Under the pieces are notes generated by a model, which was given only the letters and a program-made list of their open reading frames with translations, searched no databases and was not told the DNA's origin. The position numbers and the translations under genes were made by a program. From an uncultured bacterium (GTDB taxonomy: Bacteria > Muiribacteriota > UBA6191), in contig CAZDAM010000063.1 in NCBI GenBank assembly GCA_964503595.1, positions 1 through 20,349 on the forward strand: 20,349 nt of DNA. Reading direction: 5' to 3'. This document shows, piece after piece, positions 14,550 through 20,349 of this stretch (its first letter is position 1; every line of letters begins with the position of its first letter).

Positions 14550-15833
14550 TCAGACAAACTTCTTCACATCGGAAAAGGGGGGTCCCGGTTTTGCGAACAG
14601 GTAGCCCTGGCAGTAGTCCACTCCAAGCTCCTGTAGCTTGCGGTACTCGGAAACCGTCTCGATTCCCTCGGCAATCGACTTGGCATTGATGGACTTGGCA
14701 ATATTTAAAAGCGCGGTAATCATGGTCTGCTTCAATGGATCGGTATCTACATTGCGGATCATGGAAATGTCGATCTTGATGTAGTGAGGCTTGATTTTGA
14801 GAATGGTCTCAAAGCTTGAATAGCCGGTTCCTGTATCATCCAGAGCAATCTGGTAGCCCTCGGATGTATAGCGGCCAATATCCTCGATAAAGGATTCGTA
14901 ATTCTGAATAGCCAGGCTTTCGGTAATCTCAAAAACCAGGTTTTCCGGATTCAGGTTGTACTTGGCCAGTATTTCCTTCAGATAGACTTCCCTGAAATAG
15001 GTTTCATGGATGGTTGTGGGAAGAGCATTGATGAAAAGTTTTAGCTTGGGATTCATGGCCACGGCATTGTCCACGGCTTTCTTGCGGCAGACATTGTCAA
15101 GCTCGAAAAGAAGTTCGGATTCCTTGGCAATCTCGAAAAGAAAGAGCGGATTGAAGAATTCTGTGCCTTCCGGGCCACGACTCAGAGCTTCATAGCTGAA
15201 GATTTCTCCGGAATGGGAATCGACCATGGGCTGATAAACGGTGCGGATATCCTCATCCAGAATAATCTGCTGAAGGGTTTCCTTATAGCGGATTTCCGTG
15301 TGGTAGACATGGAAGGTCGACATCAGACGGGCTTCTTCAATCGCCCGGTAAATCATACGCTGGGGATTGAGCAGGGAGTTTTTGACAATGAAGCTGTAGC
15401 CAATGCGCAACTTGGGCTTACGTTTGAGCCATTTGTAGGTAGTAAAGAAGATGCCGCTTGAGATGTGGGCATGGATCCGACGGGCAATGGTTTCCAGATC
15501 GTTTTTTCGGGAGCCGCCGATATTGCGCTTCTTGGAAAGAATGATCAGGAAAGCATCATCAAATCCATGGCATTTCAAAATCAGGTCCGATTTTCTAAGA
15601 TATTTTCCCTGAAGACCGAGAATGGTACGGGTGACATCGCGTTGAATCGAGTCATAGACTGCAGCACCGTAGTCGTTTTCGATTTTGACCAGGTTGTAAA
15701 CATCCAGGTAAATGACGGCAAGGGAACGCTGAGCATCAAAAAAATTCAGTGCTTTCTTCATCGAGTGGGGGCCGAGGATGGGAAGTCCGGTGACTTCGTC
15801 CAGTAGTTCGGTCTGTACTTCGTTATCTTGCAT
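14550..15833 (-). CDS. c-di-GMP phosphodiesterase with a degenerate GGDEF domain (HGFDDAF in place of GG[DE]EF) followed by an intact-looking EAL domain.
   Basis: ATG at 15833 follows AGGAA; the TTG at 15896 is rejected. The GGDEF-type start is DEVTGLPILG. EAL motifs are YQPMV, YEALSR, DDTGTGYSS, IKIDISMI, IAEGIET and QGYLFAKP. Confidence 0.85.
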   Translation of the reverse strand: MQDNEVQTELLDEVTGLPILGPHSMKKALNFFDAQRSLAVIYLDVYNLVKIENDYGAAVYDSIQRDVTRTILGLQGKYLRKSDLILKCHGFDDAFLIILSKKRNIGGSRKNDLETIARRIHAHISSGIFFTTYKWLKRKPKLRIGYSFIVKNSLLNPQRMIYRAIEEARLMSTFHVYHTEIRYKETLQQIILDEDIRTVYQPMVDSHSGEIFSYEALSRGPEGTEFFNPLFLFEIAKESELLFELDNVCRKKAVDNAVAMNPKLKLFINALPTTIHETYFREVYLKEILAKYNLNPENLVFEITESLAIQNYESFIEDIGRYTSEGYQIALDDTGTGYSSFETILKIKPHYIKIDISMIRNVDTDPLKQTMITALLNIAKSINAKSIAEGIETVSEYRKLQELGVDYCQGYLFAKPGPPFSDVKKFV

Positions 15834-15968
15834 CGGGAGGTCATTCCTTTCCAGGTGATAGCTTTCACGGTAGCGGATCGTGCCCGGATTGAGCAACCAT
15901 TGACAGCCACGGGATGCTTGGAATTTGGCAAATTGATGGGATATAAGTCAGGTTTGGTCTATAGAATC

Positions 15969-16001
15969 AAAAAAAGCCCGCTCCAGTAGATTGGAGCGGG
16001 C
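15969..16001 (-). terminator. Rho-independent terminator of the SOD gene (minus strand).
   Basis: On the minus strand GCCCGCTCC-aatctact-GGAGCGGGC (9-bp stem) is followed by TTTTTTT, 43 nt after the SOD stop. Confidence 0.6.
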
Positions 16002-16043
16002 TCCTAGGAAACCTGTCCTAATTCAACCCGTTTGCAGGTTGTT

Positions 16044-16655
16044 TTATCCGCGAGCTGGGATACGGCCTTCGGAAACGGTGTCGAAGCGCTCGGAAGCCTT
16101 GGCCAGATCGACATTGGCGAAGAACTGGTCAATATAGGCTCCGCGGCCACCCGCTCCGAAATCTACCATGTAGGCATGTTCCCACACGTCCATGACCAGA
16201 ACAGGCTGGAAATGGGCTACGTTGCCCTCCTCATGCAGCTGGATGAAGTGATTGGCAAGGGCTTTGGTTTCCGGATCGACATAAAGCACTGCCCAGCCAA
16301 TGGAGCGGGATTTTCCGGTATTGGCGAAATCGGCTTTCCAGGCGTCGACACTACCCCAGCGGGCTTCGATAGCGGACTTGAGGTTGCCATCCAGGCTGCT
16401 TCCACCGGACTTAAGATTTCCGAAATACCACTCATGCAAAACCATGCCGTTGTATTCGAAACCATAGCGGCGGCGCCGATCCGTGTAGGCGGGGGAGCCT
16501 TCCTTACCCTCTTTTCTGAGGGCATCAAGCTCCGCCTCCAGGGCGTTGACCTGGGTTACATAACCTTTGTAGAGGTTCCAGTGCTGATCGATCTGATCGG
16601 CGCTGATGCCATTGAGGTTTGCTGGTTTCAGGTGTTCTTTTACTTCATATGTCAT
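16044..16655 (-). CDS. Superoxide dismutase, Fe/Mn family.
   Basis: ATG at 16655 follows GGAAAGGA; the track's 16784 start would overlap hisC and is rejected. The signature DVWEHAYY-like block DVWEHAYMVDF is present with upstream His-containing helices. The product is 203 aa. Confidence 0.9.
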   Translation of the reverse strand: MTYEVKEHLKPANLNGISADQIDQHWNLYKGYVTQVNALEAELDALRKEGKEGSPAYTDRRRRYGFEYNGMVLHEWYFGNLKSGGSSLDGNLKSAIEARWGSVDAWKADFANTGKSRSIGWAVLYVDPETKALANHFIQLHEEGNVAHFQPVLVMDVWEHAYMVDFGAGGRGAYIDQFFANVDLAKASERFDTVSEGRIPARG

Positions 16656-16770
16656 GTTGATGTCCTTTCCTGTCCGGGTCTTGTCCGGCTTTGCATGTCC
16701 CCGGCAAAACCTTTTCCATTCCGTGCAGTCTGGAATAGTGCCAAAAACATAACGGATGGATGCAAATGGA

Positions 16771-17883
16771 TCAAGGCCCTGCAATTCTGGTGCGATTTCG
16801 TGTGAGGGCGGTCAGTTCATTCAAAAAGGTGGCGTTTTCCTCGGGAGTACCGATGGTGACCCGCACGGCTCCGTTGGGTTCCAGGGGAATGGGGCGTACC
16901 GCAACACCTTTGTGCAAAAGACCGCTGTAGATTTCCTGGGCCTGAAGACCCCCTGTGAAGAGCAGAAAATTGGCCAGGGAAGGATAAACCTTCATACCCA
17001 GCTTTTCCAGAGCAGGTTTGAGTTCATCACGACCCTGAAGGGCCGTGCTTCGCACATGCTCCAGCCATTTTCCATCTTCAAGGGCGGCTAAAGCTCCGAC
17101 CTGAGCTACATGGTTGATGTGAAAGGGCAGCCGGACCCGGTTGAGGATATCCTGAAGCTCGGGTCTTTGAATGGAATAGCCAATGCGGACTCCGCTCAGG
17201 CCATAGGCTTTGCTGAAAGTCCTTGTGATGATCAGATTTGGATATTCCTTCAGAAAGGAAAGGCTGTCAGGATAGTCACAAAGATCATAAGCGTACTCAA
17301 AATAGGCTTCATCCAGAACCACCAGAGGTTCGTGTCTGAGAGCTTTGAAAAAATCCTGGAGCTCCTGGCGGGTAAACCAGGTTCCGGTTGGATTGTTGGG
17401 GTTACAGAGCCAGACCACCCGGGTGTTTTCATGGACTGCCTGAGCCATTGCCGGAAGATCGTGCTTGAGTTCCACCATGGGAACTATGGTTTCTTCAATC
17501 TGGCCAAGCCCCGCCAGGATTCCATAGATTGGAAAGGTCATGCTGGCTCTTACGGCGTGGCTTCCCTTCGGAAGGAAGGCCTTCACGATATGGGTCAGGA
17601 TTTCTTCGGTTCCGTTTCCCAGATGAATCCAGCTGGTTTCGACACCAAGCTTTGCAGCCAGAGTTTCCCTGAGCTTCAGGGAATTGGGGTCCGGATACCA
17701 GTGGATTTCCTGAAGGGATTCCTGCATGGCCAAAAGGGCTTTTGGGGAAGGTCCCAGAGTGTTTTCATTCGAGGCCAGCTTGGCCACTTTTTTCAGTCCG
17801 TATTCCCGGCGGATTTCTTCCAGGGGTTTGCCGGGCTGGTAGGGTTTGACATTGAGAATATGCCTGGGGATCAGTTCTGCCAT
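16771..17883 (-). CDS. hisC: Histidinol-phosphate aminotransferase.
   Basis: ATG follows GAGGAGA. The blocks KLASNENTLGPSP, NPNNPTG and the PLP-lysine block TFSKAYGLSGVRIGY are present. The product is 370 aa. Confidence 0.9.
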   Translation of the reverse strand: MAELIPRHILNVKPYQPGKPLEEIRREYGLKKVAKLASNENTLGPSPKALLAMQESLQEIHWYPDPNSLKLRETLAAKLGVETSWIHLGNGTEEILTHIVKAFLPKGSHAVRASMTFPIYGILAGLGQIEETIVPMVELKHDLPAMAQAVHENTRVVWLCNPNNPTGTWFTRQELQDFFKALRHEPLVVLDEAYFEYAYDLCDYPDSLSFLKEYPNLIITRTFSKAYGLSGVRIGYSIQRPELQDILNRVRLPFHINHVAQVGALAALEDGKWLEHVRSTALQGRDELKPALEKLGMKVYPSLANFLLFTGGLQAQEIYSGLLHKGVAVRPIPLEPNGAVRVTIGTPEENATFLNELTALTRNRTRIAGP

Positions 17884-17916
17884 CCTGTCTCCTCATGTTT
17901 TGGAGCGCATTGTAGG

Positions 17917-18927
17917 CTATTGGTGTTTGGGGCTCAAGTCCGCGTCCTCAAGGGCGGTTTGAAAGACAGTCTGAAACCTTTTGAAATCCTCAATAAACGG
18001 CATGTGACCCAGTCCTGAAATTTCATAGAGGCGGGAGCCGGGAATCCTGATTCTGGAAATCTTGCCCAGACGGTCATAGCGGCCCAGTTCATAGGAATCG
18101 GCATCCTTCTGAAAGCCCCGTCCGGGGCCGGTGCGATCTCTTGTACCCAGAATCAGGCTGGTGGGGACTCTGAGCTTTTTGAAGTCTTCCACCACGGGCT
18201 GGGAGAAGATCATGTCGTAGGTCAGGGCGTTGTTCCAGGCAATCCGTTCATGATCCGGACCATTGAGCCAGCCGATATGGGTCTGAATGAGGCTTTCGTA
18301 GGCCTCGGACCACTGCCCGTCGTAGTAGTTCTTCTTTTGGTAGACCCGAATACCCTCGGCAGTTTTGGCAAGTTCGGACTGATAGAAAAACTCCACATCC
18401 TTATAGTGGGCGTGATCCAGGTAATTTTCCAGACCAATCGGATTGATCAGAAAGAGATGACGGGTAGATTCCGGATACATCAGGGCAAAGCGGGTTGCCA
18501 GCATCCCGCCCATGGAATGGCCGATAACGATGACCTCGGAAATATTCAGGGACTCCATGAGTTTGTGGGTATTTCTGGCCAGCTGAGGAAATCCAAACTG
18601 GTAATAGGCTGGCTTGGATGATTTTCCAAACCCGATCTGATCGGGAATCAGGACACCAAAACCCATCTTGTGGAGTACTTCAATGACCGGTTTGAAATAG
18701 TATCCGGAGAAATTCTTGCCATGAAGAAGCAGGAAGGTGGGCTGAGCATTTCTGGCCTTGAGATGCATGTAAGCCATTTCAAGAGACTGATTCTGGCTTC
18801 GAAAGGCAAAGGACTCGACCGGGTAGGGGTAGGCATATCGGGTGAGTCGGGCATCATAGACAGGAGCTTCTGACCAAAGAACAGATGCAAAGATGAGGGC
18901 AAGCAGGCTGAAAAAGGGTTTTTGCAT
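17917..18927 (-). CDS. Secreted alpha/beta-fold hydrolase with a GHSMGG nucleophile elbow.
   Basis: ATG at 18927 follows GAGGAGAA; the TTG at 18990 is rejected. The signal peptide is MQKPFFSLLALIFASVLWSEA. The motifs LLHGKNFSG (HG oxyanion) and VIGHSMGG are present. Confidence 0.8.
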   Translation of the reverse strand: MQKPFFSLLALIFASVLWSEAPVYDARLTRYAYPYPVESFAFRSQNQSLEMAYMHLKARNAQPTFLLLHGKNFSGYYFKPVIEVLHKMGFGVLIPDQIGFGKSSKPAYYQFGFPQLARNTHKLMESLNISEVIVIGHSMGGMLATRFALMYPESTRHLFLINPIGLENYLDHAHYKDVEFFYQSELAKTAEGIRVYQKKNYYDGQWSEAYESLIQTHIGWLNGPDHERIAWNNALTYDMIFSQPVVEDFKKLRVPTSLILGTRDRTGPGRGFQKDADSYELGRYDRLGKISRIRIPGSRLYEISGLGHMPFIEDFKRFQTVFQTALEDADLSPKHQ

Positions 18928-18942
18928 GATTCTCCTCAGGTA

Positions 18943-18957
18943 GGGAGGGGACTGTAA
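18943..18957. promoter_or_regulatory. Palindrome TGTAACataGTTACA in the 5' leader/promoter of the hydrolase gene. It overlaps a candidate -10; a possible -35 TTGAAC lies 17 nt upstream on the minus strand.
   Basis: A perfect 6-bp inverted repeat with a 3-bp spacer lies 16 nt upstream of the hydrolase ATG. The minus-strand reading TTGAAC-N17-TGTAAC is a candidate sigma-70 promoter. Confidence 0.25.
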
Positions 18958-18990
18958 CATAGTTACAATTCTTTGGTTCGTCCGGTTCAA

Positions 18991-19017
18991 TTCCGGGCCA
19001 GTGCCAAAGGCCCGGAA
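18991..19017 (-). terminator. Strong GC hairpin downstream of pirin (TTCCGGGCC-N9-GGCCCGGAA, 9-bp stem). It may be a terminator with a poor U-tract or an attenuating structure.
   Basis: This is a perfect inverted repeat. On the minus strand it is followed by TTGAACC, which lacks a proper U-run. It lies between the pirin stop (19041) and the hydrolase start (18927). Confidence 0.3.
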
Positions 19018-19040
19018 TCTGGATGGTTCTTTTTGATCCT

Positions 19041-19736
19041 TCAGGAAGCCATATCAAAGAGCAGAATCTCGGCATTCCTGCCATTCTGGATGCTCAGGGT
19101 TTCACCGGCCTTGAGAATCAGGGCATCGCCAGCCTTCAGAAGCTTCTGGTTGGCCTGCACGCTTCCCCTGGCAACATGAAGCCAGCCAATCCGGTCTGCT
19201 GCCAGTTGATGGGAAATCTGATGCTCAGGCTGAAGAATTGCCGTATGAAGATCCACATTCTGTCTGATGTGAACAGCTCCATCTGTCTTCCGGGATGAGG
19301 CGATCAGGCAGAGTTTTCCTGTTCTTTCCTCCGTTGGAACATGAAGCTGTTCGTAGCCAGGCTGAATTTCCAGGGTATCGGGCTGAATCCAGATCTGAAG
19401 CAGATGCACGTTATTTTGGGAGGAAGGGTTGAACTCGCTGTGATGAACTCCTGTTCCGGCACTCATTTTCTGAATATCTCCGGGGCGGATGATGGAGCCG
19501 TTTCCCATACTGTCCTTATGTTCCAGTTCTCCCTCAAGAATCCAGGTCAGGATTTCCATATCGCGGTGGGAATGGGTATCAAAGCCCATCTTGGGGGCGA
19601 CAATGTCATCGTTGATGACTCTCAGCGGGCCGTATCCCATAAAATTCGGGTCATAATAGTGGGCAAAGCTGAAGGTATGGGCACTTTTCAGCCAGCCCAG
19701 ATTGCTTTGTCCTCTCTCCGATGCTTTTCGAATCAT
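19041..19736 (-). CDS. Pirin-family (cupin) protein.
   Basis: ATG at 19736 follows AAGGAG; the upstream ATG at 19832 lacks an SD and overlaps the repeat region. Pirin blocks are GWLKSAHTFSFAHYYDP, GFDTHSHRDMEI and MSAGTGVHHSEFN. Confidence 0.85.
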   Translation of the reverse strand: MIRKASERGQSNLGWLKSAHTFSFAHYYDPNFMGYGPLRVINDDIVAPKMGFDTHSHRDMEILTWILEGELEHKDSMGNGSIIRPGDIQKMSAGTGVHHSEFNPSSQNNVHLLQIWIQPDTLEIQPGYEQLHVPTEERTGKLCLIASSRKTDGAVHIRQNVDLHTAILQPEHQISHQLAADRIGWLHVARGSVQANQKLLKAGDALILKAGETLSIQNGRNAEILLFDMAS

Positions 19737-19820
19737 GTTGCACTCCTTTGTGGTAAGGACTCCACCGCAATTCCTGTGCCAAGTCTGGATGATCTGATAT
19801 TTCCAGGCTTTGTAGCAAAG

Positions 19821-19870
19821 TTTATGTTGCATGAAGTGTTGCGCGAATCAGCTTTATGGTGTTGCATGAA
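19821..19870. repeat. Direct repeats TTTATG(g)TGTTGCATGAA x2, with a third TGTTGC, in the divergent promoter region between pirin and the sigma-54-type activator. They are candidate regulator-binding sites.
   Basis: TGTTGCATGAA occurs at 19825-19835 and 19860-19870. TGTTGC also occurs at 19838-19843. This was seen directly. Confidence 0.4.
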
Positions 19871-19897
19871 ACGTAAAATGCAGTAAACAGTCAGGCT

Positions 19898-20349
19898 GTG
19901 GAAAGATGTCTTCATCTGGCGAAAACTCTTGCCCGCAGTCCTTCCGGAGTTCTGTTCTCAGGCGAGAGCGGAACCGGAAAAGAGCTGATAGCAGTTTTTC
20001 TCTATCAGCATTCACCCCGCCATGACAAGCCGTTTCTGAGTCTGAACTGTGGCCTGTTGCACGAAGGTTTACAGAATTCCGGGCTTTTCGGATATGCCAG
20101 AGCAGCCTTTATCGGATCTCTGGAGAGTCGCAGCGGCTATTTTGAAGAGGCTCATACCGGAACGCTTTTTCTGGATGAAATCGGTGAGCTGAGCCCTAAG
20201 GCCCAGGTGGCCCTTTTAAGGGTTCTGGAAACTGGAGGCATCAACTGGATCGGTGAAGCCTGGGAAAGACGGGTGGATGTCAGAGTGATCGCAGCCACCC
20301 ACCGAAATCTGGATCAGATGGTCGAAGGGGGAAAATTCCTCGAGGGCCT
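19898..20349 (+). CDS. Sigma-54-interaction (AAA+) domain transcriptional activator, 5' partial (it continues beyond the window). It has no N-terminal receiver or sensory domain and carries a variant GAFTGA loop (AAFIGS).
   Basis: The reading frame opens after a TAA at 19874; the first possible start is GTG 19898. The Walker A block VLFSGESGTGKE begins only about 17 residues in. TLFLDEIGEL, ALLRVLETG and RVIAATHRNL are present. GYARAAFIGS occupies the position of GHEKGAFTGA. Confidence 0.7.
   Translation, partial: MERCLHLAKTLARSPSGVLFSGESGTGKELIAVFLYQHSPRHDKPFLSLNCGLLHEGLQNSGLFGYARAAFIGSLESRSGYFEEAHTGTLFLDEIGELSPKAQVALLRVLETGGINWIGEAWERRVDVRVIAATHRNLDQMVEGGKFLEG

Noticed and set aside
14530-14554. 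GATC-rich palindrome TCTGATCgGATCAGA overlapping the EAL gene stop, with CTGATCGG recurring at 14296
   Set aside because: It is short and compatible with chance. It may simply be part of terminator-adjacent sequence, and there is too little to call a regulatory site.
16032-16805. 257-aa plus-strand ORF
   Set aside because: It is antisense to the superoxide dismutase gene and the hisC 3' end, with no SD. It is a shadow ORF.
18981-19010. tRNA-like T-arm (CCGG-TTCAATT-CCGG) followed by GCCAGTG-CCA
   Set aside because: There is no complementary 5' acceptor strand and no D or anticodon arms within 90 nt upstream on either strand. It is nested in a larger perfect 9-bp hairpin, so it is a structural coincidence and not a tRNA.
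19821-19870. Possible sigma-54 (-24/-12) promoter at the TTGCATG repeats
   Set aside because: TTGCA resembles the -12 element, but neither copy has GG at the required -24 spacing (GG-N10-GC). I kept the repeats only as binding-site candidates.
1-20349. CRISPR arrays, rRNA/tRNA genes, IS elements or integrases
   Set aside because: There are no regularly spaced direct repeats and no transposase- or integrase-like ORFs. Six-frame translations give no rRNA-like structure or signatures.

Overview
This 20.3-kb window has moderate GC (about 50%), dense coding and no rRNA, tRNA, CRISPR or recognisable mobile elements. Several starts on the ORF track are TTG or GTG; where an internal ATG had a better Shine-Dalgarno I trimmed the gene to it. 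Confidently recognisable genes are methionine aminopeptidase (map), glycogen phosphorylase (glgP), a degenerate-GGDEF plus EAL c-di-GMP phosphodiesterase, Fe/Mn superoxide dismutase, histidinol-phosphate aminotransferase (hisC), a secreted alpha/beta hydrolase, a pirin, a secreted S41 (tail-specific/C-terminal-processing type) peptidase, and the 5' part of a sigma-54-type AAA+ activator. The left half (161-6983) is accessory-like and has no confidently assignable functions. It holds a highly acidic protein with an (EP)n microsatellite and a tightly coupled four-gene operon at 1222-3759. The last protein of that operon ends in an ImmA/IrrE (DUF955)-like metallopeptidase module in which every zinc-ligand position is substituted. 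The left half also holds a convergent secreted Ser/Thr/Asn-rich protein and a 635-aa protein with a transglutaminase-like core whose catalytic Cys position reads Pro. The most striking single gene is 9046-10440: a 464-aa protein that aligns by eye along the eukaryotic major vault protein (MVP N-terminus, repeats, shoulder and cap-helix coiled coil), i.e. a compact bacterial MVP homolog. Other observations are a sigma-54-type activator with no N-terminal regulatory domain and a non-canonical GAFTGA loop beside a divergent promoter region carrying direct repeats, two well-formed intrinsic terminators, and several palindromic operator-like sites. All assignments rest on motif recognition by eye; no database searches were run.
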